Positions 9,853 to 19,833 of a DNA stretch of 64,000 nucleotides are shown here, one piece after another (the first letter of the stretch is position 1; each line of letters opens with the position of its first letter). Under the pieces are notes generated by a model. That model saw only the letters and a list, made by a program, of their open reading frames with translations, did no database searches and had not been told where the DNA came from. The stretch lies in the NCBI GenBank assembly GCA_964454335.1, contig CAYVVT010000017.1, forward strand, positions 1,770 through 65,769. Direction: 5' to 3'. The stretch comes from an uncultured Lentisphaeria bacterium. Lineage in GTDB: Bacteria > Fidelibacterota > UBA8477 > JABMPR01. Position numbers and translations under genes: made by a program.

Positions 9853-9887
9853 TTGAAACTTGAAACTTGAAATTGGAAATTTGAAAC
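9853..9887. repeat. heptamer tandem repeat (TTGAAAY)x5 in the sufB-sufC intergenic spacer
   Basis: The sequence ttgaaac-ttgaaac-ttgaaat-tggaaat-ttgaaac lies directly 5' of the sufC start codon on the minus strand. The same repeat family recurs at 45574-45636. Confidence 0.8.
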
Positions 9888-9903
9888 TGGTCAGAGTAGG
9901 TCG

Positions 9904-11349
9904 TCATCCTACGGAGCCCTCCAGGCTGACGCTCATGAGGTTCTGGGCTTCCACAGCGAATTCCATGGGGAGTTGCTGGAAAACCTCTTTAGCGTATCCG
10001 GACACGATCATGCCCACTGCATCTTCAGTTGAGATCCCCCGCTGGTTGAGGTAGAAGATCTGATCCTCGCTGACCTTGGAGGTCGTGGCCTCATGTTCAA
10101 CCTGGGCTGACTGGTTGTCGATCTCCAGATAGGGGAAAGTGTGTGCGCCGCAGCGATCACCGATGAGCAGCGAATCACACTGAGAATAATTCCGTGAACG
10201 CTCTGCATTGGAATGGACCTTTACCAGACCGCGGTAGGAATTATTCGATCTACCGGCAGAGATACCTTTTGAAATGATGGTACTTCTACTATTCCGGCCC
10301 AGATGGATCATCTTGGTGCCCGTATCAGCCTGCTGGTAATTATTGGTCAGCGCCACAGAGTAGAACTCACCCACTGAATTCTCTCCCTTGAGGATGCAGC
10401 TGGGATATTTCCACGTGATGGCCGATCCGGTCTCCACTTGGGTCCAGGAGATCTTGGAATTGACACCGGCACAGATCCCGCGTTTGGTGACGAAGTTATA
10501 GATCCCGCCAACACCTTCCTTGTTCCCGGCATACCAGTTCTGGACTGTTGAATACTTAATCTCCGCGTTGTCCATAGCGATGAGTTCCACCACAGCCGCA
10601 TGCAGCTGATTCTCATCTCGCATGGGGGCCGTACAACCTTCCAGGTAACTGACATAGCTGCCTTCATCCGCGATGATGAGCGTGCGTTCGAACTGACCGG
10701 TCTTCGAAGCATTGATACGGAAATAGCTGGAAAGTTCCATGGGACAGCGTACACCCGGCGGGATGTATACAAATGAACCGTCACTGAATACGGCGGAATT
10801 CAGGGTCGCATAGAAGTTGTCAGTGTAGGGAACGACGGATCCCAGGTATTTCTTCACCAGTTCCGGATGTTCCTGGATGGCTTCGCTGATGGGGCAGAAA
10901 ATGATTCCCAGCTCGTTCAGCTTGTCCTTGTATGTGGTTGCCACTGATACGCTATCGAAAACGGCGTCCACGGCAACTCCGGCAAGGATCTCGCGTTCTT
11001 CCAGGGGCACACCCAGTTTCTCAAAGGTCTCCAGAAGTTCCGGATCGACCTCATCCAGGCTTTTGGGTGCACTGTCACTGGCTGGAGCGGCATAATAATA
11101 GAGTTCATTAAAATTGATTTCCGGATATTCCACCTTCGGCCACTTGGGCTCCTTCATCTTGAGCCAGCGGCGGTATGCCTTCAATCGCCACTTGACCATG
11201 AATTCCGGCTCATCTTTTTTCCCTGCGATCATACGGACGATGTCTTCGTTCAAACCCTGGGGCAGGATTTCCATGTCGATGTCCGTCACAAAGCCGTACT
11301 TGTATTCCCGGTCCGCTATTCCCTTGATCGTTTTGAGATCTGAACTCAT
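9904..11349 (-). CDS. sufB: Fe-S cluster assembly protein SufB
   Basis: The ORF-track reading frame runs 9904..11445, but the first 32 codons look like an upstream extension. A start at [10 protein letters not shown] (ATG at 11349) gives about 482 aa, the typical SufB size. The conserved SufB core is present ([23 protein letters not shown]). Confidence 0.9.
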   Translation of the reverse strand: MSSDLKTIKGIADREYKYGFVTDIDMEILPQGLNEDIVRMIAGKKDEPEFMVKWRLKAYRRWLKMKEPKWPKVEYPEINFNELYYYAAPASDSAPKSLDEVDPELLETFEKLGVPLEEREILAGVAVDAVFDSVSVATTYKDKLNELGIIFCPISEAIQEHPELVKKYLGSVVPYTDNFYATLNSAVFSDGSFVYIPPGVRCPMELSSYFRINASKTGQFERTLIIADEGSYVSYLEGCTAPMRDENQLHAAVVELIAMDNAEIKYSTVQNWYAGNKEGVGGIYNFVTKRGICAGVNSKISWTQVETGSAITWKYPSCILKGENSVGEFYSVALTNNYQQADTGTKMIHLGRNSRSTIISKGISAGRSNNSYRGLVKVHSNAERSRNYSQCDSLLIGDRCGAHTFPYLEIDNQSAQVEHEATTSKVSEDQIFYLNQRGISTEDAVGMIVSGYAKEVFQQLPMEFAVEAQNLMSVSLEGSVG

Positions 11350-11591
11350 TCTGTGTCGTGTTCCTTCGTGCTCCGATACCACTTTTTCAAACCACTGTTT
11401 TCCCCAGCGGCGCGTCAATAAAGTAAAACTATACAAAAAAGTCAAGATTAAAGGATTTTGGCTCGGATTTTCCTGAATGGAATCAGGCTCATCCTGGTAG
11501 AATCTGGTGGAGTACTGTGAATGCCGCTGCTTGAGAAACGCCTGAAAATCACGTTTGAATTCACTATGTTTACAATTTCTATAAATGCGAA

Positions 11592-12140
11592 GTGCTTAAC
11601 ATGATAATTAGATCGTACAGAGGTATAACTCCCAAGATCCACCCCAGTGCGTGGATCGCCGAGAACGCAGTCATCATCGGGGACGTGGAGATCGGACCCG
11701 AGACGAATATCTGGTATAACGTGCTCATCCGCGGGGATCTGAACCGGATCAGGATCGGCGAACAATGCAATATCCAGGATGGAGCAATACTGCATGTGGA
11801 ATCCGATGAGGGTCCCTGCCTGCTGGGAAACAGGGTGACCGTGGGACACCAGTCCATCGTACATGGCTGTGTTGTCGGAGACGATGCGCTCATCGGTATG
11901 GGGGCCACCGTGCTCAGCTGGGCCCGGATCGGGAAGGGAGCCCTGGTGGCTGCAGGTGCACTGGTGAAAGAATATGCCGAGCTGCCGGACCGCAGTCTCT
12001 GGGCAGGTGTACCGGCCAGGGAACGCGGCGCAGTGGACGATGGTATGTTCGCGAGGATGCAGGAAGGCTGCAGGCATTATCTTGAACTTGCCGAAGAATA
12101 TCGAAGGGACGATGCGCGGAGGAAAGATGCTGCCCTATAA
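11592..12140 (+). CDS. gamma-class carbonic anhydrase family / hexapeptide-repeat (left-handed beta-helix) protein
   Basis: 182 aa with repeated [LIV]-G-x4 hexapeptides and His ligand positions conserved ([10 protein letters not shown]...). This is YrdA/PaaY-like. Confidence 0.8.
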   Translation: MLNMIIRSYRGITPKIHPSAWIAENAVIIGDVEIGPETNIWYNVLIRGDLNRIRIGEQCNIQDGAILHVESDEGPCLLGNRVTVGHQSIVHGCVVGDDALIGMGATVLSWARIGKGALVAAGALVKEYAELPDRSLWAGVPARERGAVDDGMFARMQEGCRHYLELAEEYRRDDARRKDAAL

Positions 12141-13464
12141 GATCATCGAGAAGAAAGCAGGGGGCCATGAGCTCAGTGCGGATGAGATCCAGCAGTTTGT
12201 CGTCGCCTACACCCGGGGATCCCTGCCTGATTACCAGATGTCAGCTCTGCTTATGGCCATTTTTATTCAGGGTATGACACCGGCAGAGACACTGGCACTG
12301 ACAGAAGTCATGCTGGAATCGGGTAAACAGATGGATTTCAGCGATCTGGATGGTTTCGTGGCGGACAAGCATTCCACTGGTGGTGTAGGGGACAAGACCT
12401 CACTCATTCTCGCACCTGTCCTCGCTGAGCTGGGTGTCCATGTTCCCATGATCTCGGGCCGTGGTCTGGGACACACGGGTGGCACGCTGGACAAGCTCGA
12501 GGCCATTCCCGGTTTCAATGTCAACCAGCCGCTGGAGGCCTTCGATCGCCTGGTCCGTGAGCATCAGGTGGGTCTCATAGGTCAGACTGAGAATATCGCA
12601 CCGGCTGACCGCAAGCTATACAGCCTGAGGGATGTTACAGCCACCGTCCGCTCCATTCCCCTCATCACGGCCAGTATCATGAGCAAGAAGATCGCTGAGG
12701 GGATCCAGGGCCTGATCCTGGATGTGAAGACCGGCAATGGGGCCTTCATGCAATCCATGCAGGATGCCCGAGCCCTGGCACAGAACCTGGTTGAGGTGGG
12801 GGAGCGATACGGGATCAGGACCACGGCGTTGATCACCGATATGAACCAGCCTCTGGGCAATGCTATCGGCAACTGGCTGGAGGTGAAGGAATGTCTCGAT
12901 GTGCTCCAGGGAGGCGGCCCCCGCGACCTGGTCCATCTGAGCCTGGCCCTTGGCGCAGAGATACTGCAGATGCGTGACGAACACCTGGCACCGGCGGCAG
13001 CATTGGCTATGCAGCAGGAATTACTGGAGAACGGCAGGGCCTACGATCGGTTCCTTGATCTGTGCAAACTGCATGGTGCCGATACTGCAGTTCTGGAGCA
13101 TCCGGACAATTATCCTGCAACGCAATTCAACCACACGCTCACAGCCCAGGGATCCGGCTACGTCAGCCGGATCGAGACAATGGCTCTTGGTTTTGCCGGC
13201 ATCACGCTTAAAGCAGGTCGCCGCATCATGTCCGATACCATCGATTACGCTGCCGGGATGCAGATCCACAAGAAACTTGGCGATAAGGTACAGAAGGGTG
13301 AACCGCTGCTGATCCTCTATGCCGAGGAGGAGGAATTGCTCAACACGGCCCTGGAACAGCTCAGTGATTGCTTCACAATAAGCCGTACCAAACCAAATCC
13401 GCCCCAGTTGATATATGAGACTGTATCCAAGTACTACTTCTTCGGGAAAACCCAGTTAAGCTGA
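12112..13464 (+). CDS. thymidine phosphorylase / pyrimidine-nucleoside phosphorylase
   Basis: The reading frame contains KHSTGGVGDKTSL and SGRGLGHTGGTLDKLE, the glycosyltransferase family 3 phosphorylase motifs. The likely start is ATG 12112 or 12127, because the track ORF has an N-terminal extension that overlaps the upstream gene. Confidence 0.85.
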   Translation: MRGGKMLPYKIIEKKAGGHELSADEIQQFVVAYTRGSLPDYQMSALLMAIFIQGMTPAETLALTEVMLESGKQMDFSDLDGFVADKHSTGGVGDKTSLILAPVLAELGVHVPMISGRGLGHTGGTLDKLEAIPGFNVNQPLEAFDRLVREHQVGLIGQTENIAPADRKLYSLRDVTATVRSIPLITASIMSKKIAEGIQGLILDVKTGNGAFMQSMQDARALAQNLVEVGERYGIRTTALITDMNQPLGNAIGNWLEVKECLDVLQGGGPRDLVHLSLALGAEILQMRDEHLAPAAALAMQQELLENGRAYDRFLDLCKLHGADTAVLEHPDNYPATQFNHTLTAQGSGYVSRIETMALGFAGITLKAGRRIMSDTIDYAAGMQIHKKLGDKVQKGEPLLILYAEEEELLNTALEQLSDCFTISRTKPNPPQLIYETVSKYYFFGKTQLS

Positions 13465-13473
13465 GCCCGGTGC

Positions 13474-14016
13474 CTATTGCGGCCGCAACGCTCCGAACTG
13501 TTTTCGGGCCAGGACGAAGAGTCTCTGGATGGGAATCTCGTTCACGTGAGCGGCAACAACCTCTCCAGCAAAAATGGCATGATCCCCGGTGGTGGTCTCC
13601 GAACTCAACCGGCATTCGAAATTCGAACTCGCCTCCGTCAGTAGCAGGCCTTTCACGGCTACAGTCGGTTGTGTGGGTGTGCCCAGTTCCGCGATCTTGG
13701 CAGTATCCCGGCCACTTTCCGTTCCGAAGAATTCCACTTCCGCCATCTGCTGCTCCGATGGGAAGGCGATTACGAATTCACCAGCTTCCCTGATCAACTG
13801 GTAGGTGTAGCGTTCGAATCCAACGGAAACCGCCAGCATCAGGGGATCGATACTGGTAAACATCACCCAGGAGGCCGACATGGCATTACAGATGCCGTCT
13901 GCGCCTTCCACTAGGACGATATGTACCAGTTCCGGGTATTTCGTGGGTCCCGCTTCCTTGATTGGTACCTGTATCTGCATATACGAAGATAACCCACTAT
14001 GGAATAGTTGCTTCAC
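13474..14016 (-). CDS. flavin reductase-like FMN-binding (split barrel) protein
   Basis: 180 aa. The sequence matches a flavin reductase-like domain pattern (SASWVMFTSIDPLMLAVSV...). Confidence 0.65.
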   Translation of the reverse strand: MKQLFHSGLSSYMQIQVPIKEAGPTKYPELVHIVLVEGADGICNAMSASWVMFTSIDPLMLAVSVGFERYTYQLIREAGEFVIAFPSEQQMAEVEFFGTESGRDTAKIAELGTPTQPTVAVKGLLLTEASSNFECRLSSETTTGDHAIFAGEVVAAHVNEIPIQRLFVLARKQFGALRPQ

Positions 14017-14278
14017 CCAATTTGTTGCAGATCATGATCGGTAGGTGAGGCTGAATGCAAACACAGAAACTCTCCATCACCTGCATGCGGGAAAGGATGG
14101 GGAATTCCTGCCACCACGTGGATGTTGTGGGATTAGCACATAAATGTAATTTTTATTAATAATTGACTTTTTCGCTGCAAATCTTTTAAGTTTTGGCAAA
14201 GATTGTGCATGGCAATGAGTGTGACTACTAATATCGAATTCTATTGAACAGATATACTGAAACAGAGGGGAATACAAA

Positions 14279-14734
14279 ATGGACACAAAGCTGAAAACCC
14301 AGGCCACCGCTATCACCGATCTTACCTTTGATCTGCTGCGCTGCTGCGAAGCGAAGGAGAAGATCTTTGCCAAGGACCATGGTCTTAAAGTTGCGGAATT
14401 CCGTTGCCTGAGGATCATCGAACCCGGCAAATCCTATTCTGTTCAGGACCTGGCGACATCCATGCATCTCTCACCGAGCCGTCTTACCCGGATCATCGAC
14501 GGTCTGTTCGCCGAGAAACTGGTTGATCGCATCCAGTCCATCGAGGATCGACGTTTCGCCAAGATCAGTCTCACCGCCAAAGGCCAGACCCTGGTATCCA
14601 AGCTCAAAGAGGAATACGCAGACCTGCACGCTGAGATGCTGAAGGAAAAAACCAGCAATGAGCGGGACAAGATCTTTGAAGGTATTTCCCTGATGCAGGA
14701 CGTGGTGAGTGGCTGGCTCGACAAGAATATGTAG
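14279..14734 (+). CDS. MarR-family transcriptional regulator
   Basis: 151 aa with a winged HTH showing the MarR pattern (VAEFRCLRII...SVQDLATSMHLSPSRLTRIIDGL...). A rho-independent terminator follows. Confidence 0.8.
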   Translation: MDTKLKTQATAITDLTFDLLRCCEAKEKIFAKDHGLKVAEFRCLRIIEPGKSYSVQDLATSMHLSPSRLTRIIDGLFAEKLVDRIQSIEDRRFAKISLTAKGQTLVSKLKEEYADLHAEMLKEKTSNERDKIFEGISLMQDVVSGWLDKNM

Positions 14735-14753
14735 CCTTAGTGCCCCACGATCC

Positions 14754-14784
14754 AAAGGCCGTGAATTCCACGGCCTTTTTGCTT
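14754..14784 (+). terminator. rho-independent terminator after the marR-like gene
   Basis: The hairpin aaaggccgtg-aattc-cacggccttt is followed by a TTTTG run. Confidence 0.7.
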
Positions 14785-14836
14785 ATACAGCCGATTAACC
14801 GTGTACTCACTGAGTTCTGAGTTCTAAACTAAACCC

Positions 14837-15298
14837 ATGCAGATCCTGGCAACTCTCTGTTATGTCCGTGACGGTGATAAGACACTGATGCTGCATCGTG
14901 TCAAGAAGCAGAACGACATGCATGAGGGTAAATGGAACGGACTTGGCGGTAAGGTCGAGAAGGGTGAATCCCCAGAAGAGTGTGCTATCCGGGAAGTACG
15001 GGAGGAATCGGGTCTGGAGGTCATGGATCCCATCTTGCGCGGGTTCATCTGCTTTCCGCTCTTCGATGGTGAGAACGACTGGAACGTATTCATTTATCGG
15101 TTCGATGGCTATAATGGCACCCAGCAGGAATCGGCCGAAGGCCACCTGGCCTGGCTGGATGCTGAAGAATTGAAGCAGGTGCCGCTCTGGGAAGGGGACC
15201 GGATCTTTATGGATTGGCTTGATAAAGATCAAATCTTTTCAGCGAAGTTCAATTATCATGGCGGGCGACTGGACGATTGGAGCGTCCATTGGTATTAG
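14837..15298 (+). CDS. NUDIX hydrolase (MutT-like)
   Basis: 153 aa carrying the Nudix box GGKVEKGESPEECAIREVREESGL (Gx5Ex7REUxEExGU). Confidence 0.85.
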   Translation: MQILATLCYVRDGDKTLMLHRVKKQNDMHEGKWNGLGGKVEKGESPEECAIREVREESGLEVMDPILRGFICFPLFDGENDWNVFIYRFDGYNGTQQESAEGHLAWLDAEELKQVPLWEGDRIFMDWLDKDQIFSAKFNYHGGRLDDWSVHWY

Positions 15299-15360
15299 GA
15301 ACTCTGAGGAGTACCTTTCGTTGAATGGTGCGATGAGGAGATAAAGAGGGGATGATATAG

Positions 15361-17532
15361 ATGAATTTCAATAAAATGTTAGCGGTGCTGATGATTCTGG
15401 CTGGCAGTTTACAGGCTGAGATCAATTCGCTTTCCGGGACCATCCGCAATGCCCTGACACTTGAACCATTGCCCTATGCCAACGTGGTGATCAAGGATAC
15501 CTACCTTGGCGGCACTTCGAATGTCGATGGGTATTTTTATGTCAGCGGTCTCGAACATGATTCGGTCCTGGTCGTGTTCTCGTACATGGGTTATGAGACA
15601 AGGGTGGAGCAGATCAGCTACAAAGGCGACACGCATATCATTCTTCCCGTAGCGCTGCAACCTCAGACCCTGGGGGGTGAGGAGGTCCTGGTGGAAGACT
15701 CGCTGCTGTTGTCACCGGAATTCCATCTGGAAACACAGGTCCCGGATGAACTCACCAGCATGAGAGAGGTGGATGTTCTGGAGGCTAGTGATGTAGATGT
15801 CGTGGGTTTTGAAATGAACCTGCTGCCGCGCCTGCCATATCTCACCCAGGGTGAAGCTGGTGTCCAGTTCCTCATCGAAGGAGTGCCTGTATTTCCTACA
15901 CGACACCTCTACAGGATCTACCCGGCATTCAATCTGAACGCCGTGAAGCACATCGCACACCATGCACCCGGCAAGATACTCCAGGCCGATGATCCCTATC
16001 GGGAAGTCACGGAACTGGTTTACAAGGAAGGCAACCGTACAGCCCTGGATCTCAGTGGCAGCCTGGGTCTGCTGGAAAGCGGTCTCACCATGTCAGGTCC
16101 CCATTTTGCAGGCGGATCCTGGTATATCAGTGGCCGGCGTATCGATTTTGACGGAATCTACAGTCTGGCCTCAGAGCGGGCGGACAGTGCCTTCAGTGAA
16201 TTCATGCCGGATTACTATTTCTATGATCTGAATGGCAAGATCACGCTCGACCTCTCTGAAAAGACAAAAGCATCTGCTGCAGCCTATCTGACCTACGATA
16301 AGCTTCACTGGCTGGGTGAACAGGGCATGAGTGCTCACACGAACTGGAATACGGGATTGGTCTCTGGCCGCCTGCAGCATCGATTCAGTCCCAGGATGCT
16401 GACCTCAATGGTCCTCTACCGCGCTCGGTATCACAGTTTCTTCAGGGCCAATGATATACCTCTGGGCCAGGGGATCGATCTCAACGGTGATCTCAGCCAT
16501 AATATGAGTGCCTTCGGGATCCGGACGGTGACGGACTACTATCTGGGGAACAACAACGCACTGCTCTTCGGCTTGGGGACGAAACGCTATAGCTCTGATT
16601 TTGACTTCATCGATTCCAGTTCCGCAATCCTGGATGAACCCTGGGTGAGTACCATTGACCTGCTGTACCGCCAACCGCTGCCCTTCAGCCTGGGTGTTAC
16701 CGCCGGTCTCGAAGGGATACATAATACAAGTCTGTCAGACTTCGCACTCAATCCAGAGTTGGAGGTATCCTGGTCACCCAACAATGTTTATTCCACCTAT
16801 CTCTCGGTTTCGCAGAGTACACAGCAGCTGGCAGAGGTCTCATTTTCGAATACCCTTGAGCAGCCTGTATTCGATCTCGTCCTGCCCCTGGATGATACCG
16901 TGTTACAGCCTTCGGTGCTGACACTGCGCGGAGGTGGGGAACTGGTACCCGTGGTGGGCTATGAGATCATGGCCAGTTTCTTCTATGAGCAGATCAGTGA
17001 TCCTTTGCTGATGAACCATGCCTGGACGGGTGATATCACGGATCAATCAAAATGGCTCCTGCAGTTCCAGGAAGCGGCTCGATCCGGAATAGAATTATCT
17101 GCAGAGAAACGCGCCGGCGGTTCTCAGATCAGATTGCGCTATCGCATGCAGACCGGTACACTCACGGACCAGCAGGCTAATGAATTCGATCTGCTGGGGG
17201 AGCGGGATCATCGAGCTGAATTGATCTTCACCGGCGGCCTCGGCGACCACGGTGGGTACAAGCTGGACCTGAATCTGGCATCAGGTCGGCACTACCTGGA
17301 TGCTTCGGATGATGCGGCAGTCAGTGATTTTTATCACCGTGTTGATGTTGCTCTGTTCAGGGAGATCGAGATCAATCAGGTCCAGGGGCGGCTCAGTCTG
17401 AAGCTCTTCAATCTGACTGGTGCCCGGAATGACCGTTTGAACGAGAATGCCTGGAGTCCACTGACCGTGGAAGAACGTGCCCTGGCACTGCTACCCTTCC
17501 TGCCGACACTGAACCTTAATTTCAATTTCTAA
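15361..17532 (+). CDS. TonB-dependent receptor-like outer-membrane protein with N-terminal carboxypeptidase-regulatory-like domain
   Basis: 723 aa. It has a signal peptide and a CarbopepD_reg-like N-terminal domain (GTIRNALTLEPLPYANVVIKDT). A long beta-strand-rich C-terminal region ends in ...LNLNFNF with terminal Phe. Confidence 0.7.
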   Translation: MNFNKMLAVLMILAGSLQAEINSLSGTIRNALTLEPLPYANVVIKDTYLGGTSNVDGYFYVSGLEHDSVLVVFSYMGYETRVEQISYKGDTHIILPVALQPQTLGGEEVLVEDSLLLSPEFHLETQVPDELTSMREVDVLEASDVDVVGFEMNLLPRLPYLTQGEAGVQFLIEGVPVFPTRHLYRIYPAFNLNAVKHIAHHAPGKILQADDPYREVTELVYKEGNRTALDLSGSLGLLESGLTMSGPHFAGGSWYISGRRIDFDGIYSLASERADSAFSEFMPDYYFYDLNGKITLDLSEKTKASAAAYLTYDKLHWLGEQGMSAHTNWNTGLVSGRLQHRFSPRMLTSMVLYRARYHSFFRANDIPLGQGIDLNGDLSHNMSAFGIRTVTDYYLGNNNALLFGLGTKRYSSDFDFIDSSSAILDEPWVSTIDLLYRQPLPFSLGVTAGLEGIHNTSLSDFALNPELEVSWSPNNVYSTYLSVSQSTQQLAEVSFSNTLEQPVFDLVLPLDDTVLQPSVLTLRGGGELVPVVGYEIMASFFYEQISDPLLMNHAWTGDITDQSKWLLQFQEAARSGIELSAEKRAGGSQIRLRYRMQTGTLTDQQANEFDLLGERDHRAELIFTGGLGDHGGYKLDLNLASGRHYLDASDDAAVSDFYHRVDVALFREIEINQVQGRLSLKLFNLTGARNDRLNENAWSPLTVEERALALLPFLPTLNLNFNF

Positions 17533-17570
17533 AAGAAAACCCTGCTGCGCAGGGTCTTTCATGGATCTGG

Positions 17571-17608
17571 CTCTCCGAGAGTTCTCACTCTCGGAGAGTT
17601 TTCATTTA
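17571..17608 (+). terminator. rho-independent terminator (perfect 9-bp stem) between convergent genes
   Basis: The hairpin ctccgagag-ttctcact-ctcggagag is followed by TTTTCATTT. A weaker hairpin accctgc-tgcg-cagggt sits at 17539-17556. Confidence 0.7.
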
Positions 17609-17612
17609 TCCA

Positions 17613-18614
17613 TCAACCAGGCAGTTCTCCCGGTTTCATCAGGTTGTCTTCCATGAGCTTCAGCTCATCGATACCGCTGATGACGATCTTGGGATCGGGT
17701 TCCAGGTCTTTCTTGGCGATCTTGCCAGTGTAATCCATGTTGGACAGGATGTATTTGATCACCCCCAGGCGGGCCAGTTTCTTATTGTCTGAGCGGATCA
17801 CGGTCCAGGGTGCGATAGTCCTGTTGGATTCGCTGAGCATCTGGAATTTTTTCACCGTGTACTGATCCCACAACTTCTGGGCCTGCTGATCCACGGGACT
17901 GATCTTGAACTGTTTCAAGGGATTTGTCTTCCGCGCCTCAAAGCGTCCGGCCTGCTCTTCCCGGGATACAGAGAAATAAAATTTGAACATCTTGATCCCG
18001 TTCTTCACCAGCATCTGTTCGAACAGAGGAACGTCCTTGAGGAAGCGCTTATTCTCCTCATCAGAACAGAAGCCCATAATGGGTTCAACCATGGCCCGGT
18101 TATACCAGCTGCGATCGAAGAGCACGATCTCACGTTCAGTTGGCAGGTGCTGAATATAGCGCTGGAAATACCACTGGGTGCGTTCACGGTCGCTGGGTTT
18201 CTCCAGAGCGACGACACGGGCACCACGAGGATTGAGATGCTCAGTGATCCGTTTGATGGTCCCACCCTTACCGGCGGCATCTCGACCCTCGAAGATCATG
18301 AGCACCTTCAGACCCTTATCCTTGATATGGTTCTGCATCTTCAGCAGTTCGATCTGCAGCTTTTTGAGCTCCATCTCGTAATCGATCGTGGCCTTCTTCA
18401 CCAGAACCGGCAATCGTTTTGGGCTGGGCTTCTTGTCCAGGTTCTTGGCAGCCGTGCCCTCCGCCAGCTTCATCTTGATGGCATCGGCCGGTGCTTTCTT
18501 CTCCGTCGCAGCTGTGGCAGGTTTCGCCGCAGGCGTCGCAGGTTTTCTCGCCCTGGTAGTGGTCCTGGCAGTTGTTTTGCGTGCCGGCGGTTTCGAGTTT
18601 GATTTCTGTTCCAT
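17613..18614 (-). CDS. ppk2: polyphosphate kinase 2 (PPK2) with a 75-aa Lys/Ala/Pro/Thr-rich basic N-terminal tail
   Basis: The PPK2 core has Walker A FEGRDAAGKGGTI and the lid motif DRSWYNR. The start is taken at MEQKSNSK (ATG 18614). The upstream part of the track ORF overlaps the neighbouring gene. Confidence 0.85.
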   Translation of the reverse strand: MEQKSNSKPPARKTTARTTTRARKPATPAAKPATAATEKKAPADAIKMKLAEGTAAKNLDKKPSPKRLPVLVKKATIDYEMELKKLQIELLKMQNHIKDKGLKVLMIFEGRDAAGKGGTIKRITEHLNPRGARVVALEKPSDRERTQWYFQRYIQHLPTEREIVLFDRSWYNRAMVEPIMGFCSDEENKRFLKDVPLFEQMLVKNGIKMFKFYFSVSREEQAGRFEARKTNPLKQFKISPVDQQAQKLWDQYTVKKFQMLSESNRTIAPWTVIRSDNKKLARLGVIKYILSNMDYTGKIAKKDLEPDPKIVISGIDELKLMEDNLMKPGELPG

Positions 18615-18630
18615 ACGACCTCCAACCATA

Positions 18631-19605
18631 TTATCGGACGAACTTACCATATTTCCTGCGCTGACGGCGCATCGCTGCCATTTCCTGATCACCGGAACGC
18701 ACCACATCCTTATTCAACGAGAAATCCAGGTTGCGCCGGCGACCACGGTAGCGTACGGAGTTGAGTATGACCTTCATGGTTTCCATCCGAGCCTGATGCT
18801 TGTCATCGGAACGGATGATATACCAGGGACATTCAGCGGTATGGGTTCTCTGCAGGAAGCGATATTTTTTTGTTGTGAACTCGTCCCACAGCTCCTGGGC
18901 CTGGAGATCCACCTCGCTGAGCTTCCACTGTCGCAGGGGATCATTCTGGCGACGTTCAAAACGCCGGGACTGCTCCTCCTTCGAGACCGAATAATACAAC
19001 TTGAGCAGCACGGTCTTACCGTCTGAGACAAAGTTGTGTTCGTAGGAATTCACCATCCTCAGGAAATCGTTGTACTGCTTTTTCGAACAGAAGCCCATCA
19101 CCGGCTCAACCATGGCGCGGTTGTACCACGATCGGTCGAAAAGGGCCATTTCACCCGCATAGGGGAAATGTTCGATATAGCGTTTCATGTGCAGTTCGGT
19201 GCGTTGTCGGCTGGAAGGTTTCCCCAGCACGATGACCCGGTAACGTTTCTCGTTCATGTAGCGGGTGACCCGTCGGATGGTACCACCCTTTCCAGAGGCA
19301 TCACGACCATCGAAGAGGACGATCATCTTGATCCCCAGCCGTTCGATATGCTTCTGCAGCTTTATCAATTCTGCCTGGTACGGCTTTAGCTCCACACTCT
19401 GCTGGTACTTCAGCAGGGCGGCACGTATGATCTTTTCTTTCTGCTTCTTCTTGAGCTGTTCGAGGATGGTTTCCAGCGGCAGTGCAGCTTCATCGCTGCC
19501 CACCCGGCGACCGACCTTCTGTAACGCTTTCCGAATGGTACCTGTTATGGCAGGCGCGTCTACATCCAGTCCTTCCGACAGGCTCTCAAAATCGTCATTA
19601 ATCAT
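18631..19605 (-). CDS. ppk2: polyphosphate kinase 2 (PPK2), second tandem copy
   Basis: 324 aa with Walker A FDGRDASGKGGTI, the lid motif DRSWYNRAMVEP and a basic C-terminal tail. Confidence 0.85.
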   Translation of the reverse strand: MINDDFESLSEGLDVDAPAITGTIRKALQKVGRRVGSDEAALPLETILEQLKKKQKEKIIRAALLKYQQSVELKPYQAELIKLQKHIERLGIKMIVLFDGRDASGKGGTIRRVTRYMNEKRYRVIVLGKPSSRQRTELHMKRYIEHFPYAGEMALFDRSWYNRAMVEPVMGFCSKKQYNDFLRMVNSYEHNFVSDGKTVLLKLYYSVSKEEQSRRFERRQNDPLRQWKLSEVDLQAQELWDEFTTKKYRFLQRTHTAECPWYIIRSDDKHQARMETMKVILNSVRYRGRRRNLDFSLNKDVVRSGDQEMAAMRRQRRKYGKFVR

Positions 19606-19759
19606 AAGACTCGAAAATTCTTCTCAGTTTGTAGGTTCAGATTGATTTCCAATGTTCCAATTCTTCGGGAGCCAAAATCTAGGGTCTGCCTGTAAACAGT
19701 CCAAGAACATCCATCACGATGCCACATGCGATTTTCCCGAGAAGTCGGTAAAATTGAAT

Positions 19760-19786
19760 ATACAAAAAGGGCTCACACGGAGCCCT
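19760..19786 (-). terminator. rho-independent terminator downstream of gene 19834..20649
   Basis: On the minus strand the hairpin gggctccgtgtgagccc is followed by a TTTTTGTAT run. Confidence 0.6.
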
Positions 19787-19833
19787 TCGCATAGAAATTC
19801 AGTTTATAACCGGACTCAGATCATCTCAAGATC

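Noticed and set aside
9853-9887. Heptamer arrays (here and at 45574-45636) considered as CRISPR arrays
   Set aside because: The units are 7 bp and directly abutting, with no spacers and no cas genes. These are simple tandem repeats, not CRISPR.
9904-11445. Full 513-aa reading frame for sufB from the ORF track
   Set aside because: The first 32 codons ([16 protein letters not shown]...) have no SufB homology and would overlap the promoter region. The Met at 11349 gives a canonical 482-aa SufB.
11448-12077. 209-aa minus-strand ORF
   Set aside because: It lies entirely antisense to the gamma-carbonic-anhydrase-like gene and the start of the phosphorylase gene and is proline/histidine-rich low-complexity sequence. 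The sense genes have clear family motifs.
14077-14430. 117-aa minus-strand ORF in the flavin-reductase/marR intergenic region
   Set aside because: It overlaps the marR start and its AT-rich promoter region and has no motif. It is probably spurious.
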